Below are positions 9,101-18,425 of a stretch of DNA of 40,716 bases, in pieces. Source of the DNA: a virus (Duplodnaviria; Caudoviricetes). The notes beneath the pieces are model-generated. The model was given only the letters and a program-made list of their open reading frames with translations, ran no database searches and was not told the origin of the DNA. Location: positions 1 to 40,716 of IMG/VR virus record IMGVR_UViG_3300044724_002056; one strand, written 5' to 3'. A program made the translations under genes and the position numbers. The first letter of the stretch is position 1. Every line of letters starts with the position of its first letter.

Positions 9101-9725
9101 TTTTAGGTCTTATTCCTTGCCATACTTGTTCGTCTAACCAGTGTTCTTCTACGTGTTTCACATACTTCGCATTCTGGTCTTCTTTGATATCTTTGATTAC
9201 TCGTTCGTCATTGTAAGCAATAGGAAAATCAAGAACTTTAGATAACCATTTTAGATATGCACCACCATAAAGATATAGTGATTCGTGTGATATAAACTCT
9301 AAGGTTGCGTCTAGATTATAATAATATTGTAGTGCAGTTGGTAAGGTCACTTCTTTACGAACTCTACGTTGTTGTTCTTTGTTGATATTATTATCACGAA
9401 CTACAATACAAACCTTTACATCATATCCACAATCCTCTGCTTCATAGACTACTTGTTGTATCTGAGGAATTTGTTTGACTCCATCATAAACAAAGGGTAC
9501 ACTTACATTCGCAACCATAAGATTGTGATTTAACATACTTTTTGTCTTAGATGGGTCAACCCAACATTCTGCAAAGGGTTCTTCATCACTAGGAATCCAA
9601 TATTTGTCTCCGAAATCCCACCCATTTACATCTGAATGGTATCCGAATACTTTACTGAATAAATGATTTCCAGAACCTTGCGGCCCTGTTATAATTAATA
9701 GTTTACGGTCTTTGTTGTCCGACAT
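9090..9725 (-). CDS. P-loop sulfotransferase/kinase-like protein
   Basis: LIITGPQGSGNHLF P-loop, IVVRD, FISHESL, LSKVLDF pattern. Confidence 0.55.
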   Translation of the reverse strand: MSDNKDRKLLIITGPQGSGNHLFSKVFGYHSDVNGWDFGDKYWIPSDEEPFAECWVDPSKTKSMLNHNLMVANVSVPFVYDGVKQIPQIQQVVYEAEDCGYDVKVCIVVRDNNINKEQQRRVRKEVTLPTALQYYYNLDATLEFISHESLYLYGGAYLKWLSKVLDFPIAYNDERVIKDIKEDQNAKYVKHVEEHWLDEQVWQGIRPKNER

Positions 9726-10371
9726 AAGTTCTCACCTTCAATGGATTAATTTCATCTGTCGGCCCTGTACCAGAGTCAGGACTAAACACAAACAGAGTGA
9801 CATCTTCTCCTTGATTACACATAAAGTTATGTAATACATTTCTTTCCATAATCCAAGCGTCTCCTTTTTTGATAGGAAACGTTACACCATTGTCAAGTTC
9901 AATCTCACCTTTACCAGAGAGAATAAGACCGATTCGTTGACTTGGGTGAGTATGCAGGGTTTGTGTCATTCCACGAGGGAAATGAACATAGTTGACTACA
10001 GGTAATCCTAGTCTGCCTGGGTTTGAAGCGGTAGTGTTTGTGCCTCCGTCCATATAAGATAGATTACCTCTAGGAAGACCTTTAGGTACAAACAAACGGT
10101 CATCATTCATTGATAAACCATAAAACTTAATATGAACAAACGTACCATACACTTCTGCGGTAAATGGATTTACTGTTTGTCCAGTAAAATCATTATCACT
10201 AACCGACCAAGAATCATCTACACTAACACAACAATCTAGTGCCATTAAGAAACTTGTTCCGTCAAAGTTCTTATTGACGTATTCATTATAATCACCTTTT
10301 TGGACGTGGACATCAAAATTCCAGATATCTCTAACCTTATAGGTTTCGCCATTTTCTATGTTCTTCATCAT
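9703..10371 (-). CDS. Cupin-domain protein
   Basis: Metal-binding HTHP...ILSGKG and NVLHNF cupin motifs in the C-terminal half. Confidence 0.8.
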   Translation of the reverse strand: MMKNIENGETYKVRDIWNFDVHVQKGDYNEYVNKNFDGTSFLMALDCCVSVDDSWSVSDNDFTGQTVNPFTAEVYGTFVHIKFYGLSMNDDRLFVPKGLPRGNLSYMDGGTNTTASNPGRLGLPVVNYVHFPRGMTQTLHTHPSQRIGLILSGKGEIELDNGVTFPIKKGDAWIMERNVLHNFMCNQGEDVTLFVFSPDSGTGPTDEINPLKVRTYVGQQRP

Positions 10372-10420
10372 AATCCTGTATAGGTTTCGCCATTTTCTAT
10401 GTTCTTCATCATAATCCTGT
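10338..10420. repeat. Perfect 41-bp tandem duplication spanning a stop/start junction
   Basis: TATAGGTTTCGCCATTTTCTATGTTCTTCATCATAATCCTG occurs at 10338-10378 and 10379-10419. Confidence 0.92.
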
Positions 10421-10966
10421 TGCCTTTATAATTTCCTTGGGTATATAGGGTATTTTCATTCTTTCTGGGTGCCACACAATTGCACAAATATTATCTTTAA
10501 TCCAAGATTCACATTCACCAGTTACATCTGTACATAATTGTACACTATCTGGTGGTATTTTGTCAATAGCAATCGTATGAAAACTATTTACTTTTACTAA
10601 ATGTGGTTGGTATTTACTGTATACTATATGTTCAACATCAAAATGATTGTTTTTACCTGTTTTTGTTTTACCACCAAGAATCTCTGTAAGTAAAAATGCA
10701 CCGTGACATATACCAAGAATAGGTTTATTTAGTTTGACCATTTCGGTTGCCAGAGATATTTCTGTAGTGATACGAATTTCCTCATTCCCTCCACCAGTAA
10801 TGATGAGAAGGTCTAAGGATTCTGCAAGAGATTGATAATCTAAGTCGTCACGATTTGGGACAGGAATGAGTTCGTGACTCTTTAATAACCGATACCAGTT
10901 ATGTTCTAAAGAGTCATGAACTTGTCTATTGTGCGTGAGGACTCGTTGAGTGAGTCCTATTTTCAT
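10409..10966 (-). CDS. Class I glutamine amidotransferase / peptidase C26, gamma-glutamyl-CDP-amidate hydrolase (Cj1417)-like
   Basis: IGLTQR start, ITGGG, PILGICHGA (catalytic Cys), VNSFH, WHPER (His-Glu). Confidence 0.82.
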   Translation of the reverse strand: MKIGLTQRVLTHNRQVHDSLEHNWYRLLKSHELIPVPNRDDLDYQSLAESLDLLIITGGGNEEIRITTEISLATEMVKLNKPILGICHGAFLLTEILGGKTKTGKNNHFDVEHIVYSKYQPHLVKVNSFHTIAIDKIPPDSVQLCTDVTGECESWIKDNICAIVWHPERMKIPYIPKEIIKATGL

Positions 10967-11665
10967 TTACCAACCGTAAGCTGCGTTTACTAGTTCTCTA
11001 GAACCTTTTGCTTCAACTGTATTTTTACACGAGATTTCAAACAGGTCTTTACGCATTTTTCCAATAATATCAAGAACACGATTTTGTGTCTTTTCATCTG
11101 TTGCAATTTTACGTAATGAGTATCCACCGATTGCACTATGGAAACCTTCGTCTTTTGCAATTTCACGATATCGTGTAGAAATGAATTCGTCTTGAATAGT
11201 ATCTGCCATCTGATTCCAGACTGCTTCTGCACGTCCTTCTGCAACTAACTGATAGGCAGCAAGAACTGCTTCGTCATTCTCTGCACCATACTTTTCTAAT
11301 AGTGAAGCACCTTTGGCGGTGTTTGCTTTTCTTTCTGATTCAAGAGCAGCTGCGACATCAACTTCTTCACCTTTGATATGTTCGATTACTTCTCGAACCA
11401 TACGATAGTGTTTTGCTTCGTCATGTGCTTGTTTAGAAAGAAGTTCTAATTCTTTAGGGTCTGCATTATCAGCTGCATTTGCAATTTGCTGAGATATTTC
11501 AGACATATTCATACGTTCATTGACCATACGACCAATGAAGTGATTGACCATTTCCTCTTCAGGTAGGTCGTTTTCAAAGTACTCTTTGACATTCATCTTA
11601 GACGCTTCAAAAAGTGCTTGATTGTCGTTGCGAATTTTCTTCACAAACTCTTTTGGGTTTAACAT
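10967..11665 (-). CDS. Ferritin-like diiron-carboxylate enzyme
   Basis: Helical protein with E...DEAKH...E...DEGFH ligand pattern; AGGAG Shine-Dalgarno upstream. Confidence 0.8.
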   Translation of the reverse strand: MLNPKEFVKKIRNDNQALFEASKMNVKEYFENDLPEEEMVNHFIGRMVNERMNMSEISQQIANAADNADPKELELLSKQAHDEAKHYRMVREVIEHIKGEEVDVAAALESERKANTAKGASLLEKYGAENDEAVLAAYQLVAEGRAEAVWNQMADTIQDEFISTRYREIAKDEGFHSAIGGYSLRKIATDEKTQNRVLDIIGKMRKDLFEISCKNTVEAKGSRELVNAAYGW

Positions 11666-11701
11666 TAGGATTCTCCTATCACTCTATTAATATATTAGTA
11701 T

Positions 11702-11709
11702 TATTTATA
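11702..11709 (-). promoter_or_regulatory. T4-type late promoter
   Basis: Exact TATAAATA in the intergenic gap, about 37 nt upstream of the ferritin-like gene. Confidence 0.75.
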
Positions 11710-11778
11710 CAATTCTTAGTTTAAAATATCTATTATTTTGGTACTTAAAGTACCCACATCTGAGAAAATATAAACGTT

Positions 11779-12573
11779 TCAGTTGATTTGTTTCATTAAC
11801 TCTTCGACATTTTCACCCTTTTCAGGTAATTTGTCCTTCAAAAAGAAATGAACAAAATAACACTCTTTTATGTTATTGACTGCACTATACAATCCGTTCC
11901 ATTGACCTCCCATATGTTTGGTTGGAATATTATACTTCTTTAAAAAGAAATTTAATAGTGTCTGGTCAGTACTCCACTTATAAGCACCAACTCCATCCAC
12001 AAAGTCTTTGAACTCCATACGATTCAAGAAACTATGTGGGTCTTGTCCTTTTAGATAAGGTTTGAACAACTTACTGTTTAAGAGAATCAATCCCATATTA
12101 AAGAACTCGTATCCGTATTTGTCTGGTTTAAAATCTATTCCACTATGATGATGTAAGGTTTCGTATTGCATTCGTGAATAGTTTATAATCTTGTTTCCAT
12201 ACCAAGACTGTATATCCATCTCACGTTCACATACAGCACCAAAAGCGTGTTCTGTTCCAAAGTCTTCAAAGATATTAGGTGCGTCAGGTCGGATATAAAT
12301 GTCTGCGTCAACGATTGCAATCTGGTCATAGTCGTCCAGATAATTAAATGCGTTTTCTTTTTCGTAGATAGGAAGATATCCACCATACTTCATATAGGAT
12401 TCTTCACTACGTCCACTACTAAAGATATCAGGTTTGATTCTTAGTTGAGGTTGGGTTAAAACAATATGTTCAATATTATATTTCTCACAATAGTTTTCCA
12501 TTGATTCAATACAATGTTCATATAGTTTGGACGGTTTTCCTACCGACACTTGAAATATCATTCTAGTGGTCAA
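11779..12573 (-). CDS. GT-A fold glycosyltransferase (GT8-like)
   Basis: YCEKYNIEH, IVDADI (DxD), FNMGLIL, DQTLLN, WNGL, FVHFF; start could be TTG 12573 or ATG 12561. Confidence 0.82.
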   Translation of the reverse strand: MTTRMIFQVSVGKPSKLYEHCIESMENYCEKYNIEHIVLTQPQLRIKPDIFSSGRSEESYMKYGGYLPIYEKENAFNYLDDYDQIAIVDADIYIRPDAPNIFEDFGTEHAFGAVCEREMDIQSWYGNKIINYSRMQYETLHHHSGIDFKPDKYGYEFFNMGLILLNSKLFKPYLKGQDPHSFLNRMEFKDFVDGVGAYKWSTDQTLLNFFLKKYNIPTKHMGGQWNGLYSAVNNIKECYFVHFFLKDKLPEKGENVEELMKQIN

Positions 12574-13177
12574 CTGTTCCTCCTACCTTCATATCATATA
12601 TAGGTCTACAGTAATCCGCAATTAGGTTTAAATCTTTATTTAATTTATCAAACATTATATCATCAACATATCTTGTATGTCTTTCGGTCACACATTCTAA
12701 TAACAAGTCTTCTGCCTGTTCTGGTTCAATATAATATCCAGAAGTAATAGGACATAACTTGTAGTGCCACCAATAAGGGTGTCCTTCAAACCTATCGCAA
12801 TAGTTATGAAACTCTGCATCATTCTGAAAATTACAGATTGAAAAGTATGGTGCAATAATAGGCATATCAGAGGTAAGACATTCGGTGTCGTGTTCTATAA
12901 CTGTTATGGGTTTTCGTTCTTCAACACATTTCTCCCATAACAGATAGTGACTATACCAACAACCCATTTCAGTATCAGTAAAATCACGTTTACCGTGATA
13001 CTGGTCAAGTTGTATATCGTCATATAGATGTAGAGTCTTTGGAGTGACTGCATCAAATAGATTTACTTGAAAACCGTGCGATTCCCAACTTTGTATTGAT
13101 TGTTTTGCATAATGTTGAGATACCTTACTGTCAGGTATCTGTATCATCCATATATTATCTGTAATCGTCAAGGTCAA
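12563..13177 (-). CDS. Glycosyltransferase family 25-like
   Basis: FDAVTP, EMGCWYSHYLLWEKC, VIEHD motifs; exact start uncertain. Confidence 0.72.
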   Translation of the reverse strand: MTLTITDNIWMIQIPDSKVSQHYAKQSIQSWESHGFQVNLFDAVTPKTLHLYDDIQLDQYHGKRDFTDTEMGCWYSHYLLWEKCVEERKPITVIEHDTECLTSDMPIIAPYFSICNFQNDAEFHNYCDRFEGHPYWWHYKLCPITSGYYIEPEQAEDLLLECVTERHTRYVDDIMFDKLNKDLNLIADYCRPIYDMKVGGTVDH

Positions 13178-14117
13178 ATTCAGTTCCGTGCATTTTATAT
13201 AAGTCCCTTTCGTGATTAGTCCAAACTAATACTTCAGGGTCGTCAAGTAGAAAGTCACAAGTTTTGCAGTAGTCAGGATATGTTTTGTTCTTATGGTCTT
13301 CACGCAGTTTACTATATTCTGGGCCGTTCCAGATTTCTTCGATAGTATTTTCACTGGTATGACCTAGAACTGCATTTTCGTCTTGACCAAGTACTTGACA
13401 ACAAGGTGCAACCGCACCAGTTTTTTTATCAAGTCCACCTGCACGAATAACTACGTCAGGAGAGAATGGTCTACCACAAGTCTTTTCCTCACCACTACGA
13501 ACATTTTGTTTGGGGTCATAAACACCAGACCAGTTATGCATTTTCCATATCTCGGTCTTGACTCCTAGATTGTTTACTAGTTCTTGATATTTTTCTAACT
13601 CATAGTCTAGATTATCATTATCGGTAATTAAATGATAAGTTGCAACAACACAATCACTACCAGATTCGTCAACATATTTTTTCATTTCTGATATGTTATT
13701 GACAATATGATTAAAGTTACTACCGATAGTATTATACATCCATTCGTCATATTTTGCAGGGTCATATCCAATAAAGGAGAAACGATAGAAGTCTAATCCT
13801 GCGTCAACACAATCCTTCATAAATTGACCACCCATACGAAATCCATTAGAGAACATAAAGCATTTTGCTCCATATTTCTTAACAATCTTAATGTATTCAG
13901 GTAGGTTTCTGTTTAGAGTAGGTTCACCACTACCTTCTAGATTAACTACTCTTAGTCCGTGTTGGGCACAATCTGCGACATTTTTTTCAAACTCGTCTAG
14001 TTTCATTTTCTTGAGGAATCGTTTATCACGTCCACCTGTTCGCATATCTTGAGGACACATAGTGCAGGAGAAATTACATCCTCCGTTAATCTCAATAACT
14101 GCTCTATCAATTTTCAT
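13155..14117 (-). CDS. Radical SAM protein with SPASM/twitch domain
   Basis: CNFSCTMC (CxxxCxxC), GSGEPTL, C-terminal CGRPF...VAPCC...IEEIWNG...CKTC. Confidence 0.92.
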   Translation of the reverse strand: MKIDRAVIEINGGCNFSCTMCPQDMRTGGRDKRFLKKMKLDEFEKNVADCAQHGLRVVNLEGSGEPTLNRNLPEYIKIVKKYGAKCFMFSNGFRMGGQFMKDCVDAGLDFYRFSFIGYDPAKYDEWMYNTIGSNFNHIVNNISEMKKYVDESGSDCVVATYHLITDNDNLDYELEKYQELVNNLGVKTEIWKMHNWSGVYDPKQNVRSGEEKTCGRPFSPDVVIRAGGLDKKTGAVAPCCQVLGQDENAVLGHTSENTIEEIWNGPEYSKLREDHKNKTYPDYCKTCDFLLDDPEVLVWTNHERDLYKMHGTEFDLDDYR

Positions 14118-14302
14118 TAATGACTCACAAACTGGTTAATCAACCAAAACATAAATATCATAAAACCAAACACAAGTACCTGTATGACAGATGCGTATAC
14201 AACCTGTTTCATAGGGTGTACTTCAGGTAATTTCTCCATAATACTTTCATTCGGAGATAGATTAACTGCTCTTAATATTTTCTTTTCGTTCTCAGGAATC
14301 AT
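14117..14302 (-). CDS. Small membrane protein
   Basis: 61 aa, coupled to both neighbours, one C-terminal hydrophobic helix. Confidence 0.65.
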   Translation of the reverse strand: MIPENEKKILRAVNLSPNESIMEKLPEVHPMKQVVYASVIQVLVFGFMIFMFWLINQFVSH

Positions 14303-15063
14303 AATGTCATATTATTGTAAATTCTATTTTTTGCAACATTGAAATAATGTTCATCTAATTCAATTCCTATAAATTTTCTATTAGTGTTAAGGCAAGCAAC
14401 ACCAGTTGAGCCACTACCCATACAAAAATCTAAAACAGTTTCTTTTTCATTTGTATAAGTTTTTATTAAGTATTCCATCAAACCTATTGGTTTTTGAGTG
14501 GGGTGATATTTGCCCTCTGATTCAGCAGTTTTGTGATAAATAACACTTCTTGGTTTTCTTAAACCGCTTTTATTTTCTTTTTTTATTTTATTTCTTTTTG
14601 TTAGTCCACCTTGCAAAACTTGGATATTATTATGACCTATACCTTTATTATAGGGTTTGCCTTTCGTATGCTGTGGATTGTATTTCATTGGATTTTTACT
14701 TCCTTGTGCTGAACCGCCAAAACTAAAAACACAAATATCTTCGTGGGTTTTAAGCGGTTGATAGTTTGCGTGTACAAAATTACTTGCTTTGCTTTTTTCC
14801 CAAACCCAACAATATTTAAACCATTTTAGATTAGAATTTATTAATGCTGTCGTGAATGGTTGACTTGATGTCATTACTATAGCTGCGTCATTTTTTACAA
14901 TTCTTTTCACTTGTTTCCACATAGAATCAAGACAAATTATGCTATCCCATTTGCAACGAGTAGTTCCATAAGGCATATCAACTAATACCATATCAATCGA
15001 TTTATCAGGTATTTCATTCATTTTTAATAAACAATTACCTATTGTTAAATTAATATTATTCAC
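14299..15063 (-). CDS. DNA amino-methyltransferase (N6-A/N4-C, beta class)
   Basis: DMPY catalytic motif IV variant, WVWEK, HPTQKP, VLDFCMGSGSTG motif I, IGIEL. Confidence 0.9.
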   Translation of the reverse strand: MNNINLTIGNCLLKMNEIPDKSIDMVLVDMPYGTTRCKWDSIICLDSMWKQVKRIVKNDAAIVMTSSQPFTTALINSNLKWFKYCWVWEKSKASNFVHANYQPLKTHEDICVFSFGGSAQGSKNPMKYNPQHTKGKPYNKGIGHNNIQVLQGGLTKRNKIKKENKSGLRKPRSVIYHKTAESEGKYHPTQKPIGLMEYLIKTYTNEKETVLDFCMGSGSTGVACLNTNRKFIGIELDEHYFNVAKNRIYNNMTL

Positions 15064-15881
15064 TTCTTCTTATCCTTCTTCTTCTCATGATATCTACTCT
15101 TTAACATATCTATATAGTCGTTTGCTTTATCTTTCATTTCTTTTAGATTAGGTTCAAACTTTTCTGCACCGTCAGCTATAAAATCAAGTACTTGATGTCT
15201 ACTTGGTTTTTGTATTGCTTGAGGAGTGTTATACTCAGTTACACCTTCCCAAGATGGAACGAACATTGGTTTACCAAAGTTTCTTGCAATATAATGCCAC
15301 ATACCATCGTAACAGAAAATAAAATCACATTCTTGTATCTGTTTAAATGCATCTTTTATAGGTGTTCTGTAGGTTAACTCTACTAGTATCCAACCCTTCC
15401 AGCGCAGTAAGCTAATTATATCAGACCAATCATCTATTGTCAAGAACCTTTTCCACTTTCTTGGTGGTTCACTATTATAGTGTGGTGTCCAGATAACTAT
15501 CTTTTTTCTTTTAGGAACAAAAGATTCAGGTTTAAATATCCAATCGTTTGGTGGAGCACCCCAAGGTTTGAATGCTTTTGAGTCAAAATAGAATCGGTTT
15601 TTATTTTTGTCAGGGTTTACATTTCCTTTCGGAAACAAATCTGAGTTATAAACGTGAGTGACCGTGACATCTTCTTGACGGTGATACTGATTGTGTATCC
15701 ACGCCATACGTTCTATGATTGTTTCTGGGTCTTCTGGGTGATGAAGATAATCCTCATCGTGTTCCCAGTGCATTTCCAGATTTACTTTTGTGTTGTTATC
15801 AAAACAATAGTTATGACAAGTATTGAGGGCATTCATAAAGTCTCCGACTCCCCAAGTGCCTCTCCACCTAACCTTTTCCAT
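15060..15881 (-). CDS. GT-B fold glycosyltransferase-like (GT9/heptosyltransferase-like)
   Basis: GTWGVGD N-terminal motif and IQECDFIFCYDGMWHYIARNFGKP, resembling the GT9 DSG..H.A..LG.P motif. Confidence 0.6.
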   Translation of the reverse strand: MEKVRWRGTWGVGDFMNALNTCHNYCFDNNTKVNLEMHWEHDEDYLHHPEDPETIIERMAWIHNQYHRQEDVTVTHVYNSDLFPKGNVNPDKNKNRFYFDSKAFKPWGAPPNDWIFKPESFVPKRKKIVIWTPHYNSEPPRKWKRFLTIDDWSDIISLLRWKGWILVELTYRTPIKDAFKQIQECDFIFCYDGMWHYIARNFGKPMFVPSWEGVTEYNTPQAIQKPSRHQVLDFIADGAEKFEPNLKEMKDKANDYIDMLKSRYHEKKKDKKK

Positions 15882-16271
15882 TTATTTGCCTGAGAATGCT
15901 TTTCCTGCTTCAGCAATACCAAATGAACCTAATGTCACAACAACAAAAGACGTATAGATTGTATCAGATATCTCTAAAGGTGTACCGTCCATTGCAGTAA
16001 CTAAATCAAAAATACCAAACGCAACCATCATAAGAAACGATGCAAATCCAATGATTGATTTCTCATTGATATCATTTTCGTCTCTAAACAATGACCAAAA
16101 ACCTTTGGGTACTGGTTTTGCAGCTGCTGTTACAACTTGTAGTTCCTTCGAGAGTTTTTCCATCTCTTTAATTTTATCTTGTGCTTCGTCTACCTTAAGA
16201 ACTAACTCAGTGTATTTTTCTAAATCAACTGTCGCTTGTCCTACAGGTGTATCTACGGTTTCTTTTACCAT
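15882..16271 (-). CDS. Membrane protein with N-terminal coiled coil and two helices
   Basis: GGAG Shine-Dalgarno; two hydrophobic segments after DENDINEK. Confidence 0.7.
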   Translation of the reverse strand: MVKETVDTPVGQATVDLEKYTELVLKVDEAQDKIKEMEKLSKELQVVTAAAKPVPKGFWSLFRDENDINEKSIIGFASFLMMVAFGIFDLVTAMDGTPLEISDTIYTSFVVVTLGSFGIAEAGKAFSGK

Positions 16272-16283
16272 ATCATTTCTCCA

Positions 16284-17798
16284 TTAAAATACTTTTACTT
16301 TGTATTTGTTTTCCCACTCATTCGCATCTTCTATAGTATTTACCATAGGTTTATTACGAATATTCAATGATGTATTTAGTAGCATTGGAACTCCTGTAAG
16401 TTCGTAATACTCTTCAAGTATCTGACGTATTACTGATTGACAATCAGGTTCAACTAACTGAACTCTTGCAGTTCCGTCTTGGTGGGTCACCGATTTATAG
16501 TCGTGTTTTGCAATTGCGGTAAACTGCATATATTGATTCATCGGCCCTTCAAAATATTGGTCTGCATATTCAGATAAGATTGCAGGTGCAAAAGGTCTAA
16601 ACCTATGTCTACGTTTGATATCATTAACAGTATCTTTTACATCATATCTTACGTCTGCAAGTAAAGAACGATTACCTAATGCACGAGGGCCAAACTCTGC
16701 TCTACCGTTTGCAACACCACACACTTTGTTATCGGTAAGATACTTTGCAACTTCTTTTGGATTAATCTCTCGGTCAATGTTATGACCTAGATAAGGAGAC
16801 CAATCTAAATGTGTTCCACCTGTTTCTTTATGCCACGTATAAGCAGCACACCCAAGTGAATTACCTGCGTCACTTGGTGCAATTGCAATATGCATTTCGT
16901 CAAATAGTTCACTAATTAAAGTATTTGCCACAACATTTTGAGCACAACCACCAGAGTAAACTAACTTAGAACCATATTTACGTGCTTCCTTCATAATCTT
17001 CATTACTTCTACTTCAAAAAACTTTTGTACGGTTGCAGCTGCGTTTTCAGGAATCGTATGTTTCATTACATAATCACCAATTCGGTCAGAGTATTGAGAA
17101 TACTTCTCTGATAGTCCACTTTCTGCATAAGCAATTCGTTCAAAGTCTACTATTTGTTTAACTTTTTTACCTTGTTCACTTTCAAACCAGTAATAACAAT
17201 TATGAAGAAGTTTATAAAGATATTCATCAACTTGACCATAACACGCAAGACCCATAATAATATATTCGTCTCTGAGTGGTCGCATTCCAGACGCTCTAAC
17301 AATTAATCCATAGAGACAACCCAAGGATTGTGGCCAAGTAATACGTTTGATTGTTTTGAAGTTGTGGTCTTTTATAACCATAGATTCTAGTTCACCAGAA
17401 CCATCTACCGATACCATAACAGTATCTTCTTTAGATTTCCACGGTCTAGTAAGGAATGCACCTGCACAATGACTTTCGTGGTGTTCGTTGAAATTGTCAA
17501 ATGTCAATGCATTACGCATTGGAGTGTGTGATTCTGCTTTTTCAGAAAATCCGTGCATTGACCAAGCACCGTGAGTACGATATCCACCCATCTGTTCTCT
17601 ACGCATATCTATGTCTTCGTAGAAAGTAACGTGGTCGTCTTCTTTTACAAAGTTCCACATTTCAGGAGGTATTAGGGGGTCATTTTTAATCCCACTATAT
17701 CGTTCTGATTGACTTGCCCACGGAATTGTACCGTCTTCGTTGACAATAGCTATAGCAGCATCGTGAAAATACTCGGAGTATCCTACATATCGTTTCAT
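16284..17798 (-). CDS. Carbamoyltransferase (NodU/CmcH/TobZ family)
   Basis: HDAAIA, ERYS, HHESH, VDGSGE, MGLACYG, SGGCAQN, DAGNSLG, EFGPRALGNRS, RPFAP, DGTARVQ, LLNTSLN. Confidence 0.95.
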   Translation of the reverse strand: MKRYVGYSEYFHDAAIAIVNEDGTIPWASQSERYSGIKNDPLIPPEMWNFVKEDDHVTFYEDIDMRREQMGGYRTHGAWSMHGFSEKAESHTPMRNALTFDNFNEHHESHCAGAFLTRPWKSKEDTVMVSVDGSGELESMVIKDHNFKTIKRITWPQSLGCLYGLIVRASGMRPLRDEYIIMGLACYGQVDEYLYKLLHNCYYWFESEQGKKVKQIVDFERIAYAESGLSEKYSQYSDRIGDYVMKHTIPENAAATVQKFFEVEVMKIMKEARKYGSKLVYSGGCAQNVVANTLISELFDEMHIAIAPSDAGNSLGCAAYTWHKETGGTHLDWSPYLGHNIDREINPKEVAKYLTDNKVCGVANGRAEFGPRALGNRSLLADVRYDVKDTVNDIKRRHRFRPFAPAILSEYADQYFEGPMNQYMQFTAIAKHDYKSVTHQDGTARVQLVEPDCQSVIRQILEEYYELTGVPMLLNTSLNIRNKPMVNTIEDANEWENKYKVKVF

Positions 17799-17816
17799 AC
17801 AAGTATATAGGGAATT

Positions 17817-18419
17817 TTAACCGACTAGGTAATCATACACGTCCTTCCAACCTTTCATTAGAGGGAAGTCTTCACAATCCATATTGTAACCGTGTTCCAT
17901 TACAATTGAATCTAATCCAAAGTTTGCACCTGTGTGTGCATTTTCTATTTTGTCTTCAACCCAAGTATATCCTGTTCCTTCGTATGGTGCAAGAACTTCG
18001 TCCTTGTCTGCACCTGTATCAAGGTAGATAAACTTAGTAAATGCAGTCTTACCGAACAACTTCTTAATATTCATTGTTCTTAGTTTTTGTGCATTTATGT
18101 CTTTACTCATTGAAGTAATCAAGTGAAACACATATCCGTGTTCCTCGTGCAACTTCTTAACATACTGGATTGCGTCTCTTAAAGGAGGCACAAATCCCAT
18201 ATGTGCAGATTCGTTGAACTCTCTGACTAGTTTTTTAGATTCTGTTTGTGTAATACCGTAGATTTCTCCGATATTATATTTTAACTTATCCTTTGCGGTA
18301 TAACCCTTTTCGGTCATCCATACGTCAAACGCATATCCCCAATTCAGGAGAACACCATCTGCGTCTGTCAGTATTACTTTATGATACTGGTCTAACACTT
18401 TATTATTTTCCTTTTTCAT
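17817..18419 (-). CDS. HAD-family nucleotidase-like protein (5'(3')-deoxyribonucleotidase-like)
   Basis: LTDADGVLL, ITS, K, WVEDK and HGYN motifs. Confidence 0.75.
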   Translation of the reverse strand: MKKENNKVLDQYHKVILTDADGVLLNWGYAFDVWMTEKGYTAKDKLKYNIGEIYGITQTESKKLVREFNESAHMGFVPPLRDAIQYVKKLHEEHGYVFHLITSMSKDINAQKLRTMNIKKLFGKTAFTKFIYLDTGADKDEVLAPYEGTGYTWVEDKIENAHTGANFGLDSIVMEHGYNMDCEDFPLMKGWKDVYDYLVG

Positions 18420-18425
18420 ATCCTT

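Noticed and set aside
10338-10420. Possible CRISPR or mini-array
   Set aside because: Two directly adjacent copies with no spacer, made of coding sequence; no cas genes in the window.
11741-11755. Short palindrome GGTACTTAAAGTACC in the intergenic gap
   Set aside because: A 6-bp stem with no U tract on the coding strand; too weak to call as a terminator or operator.
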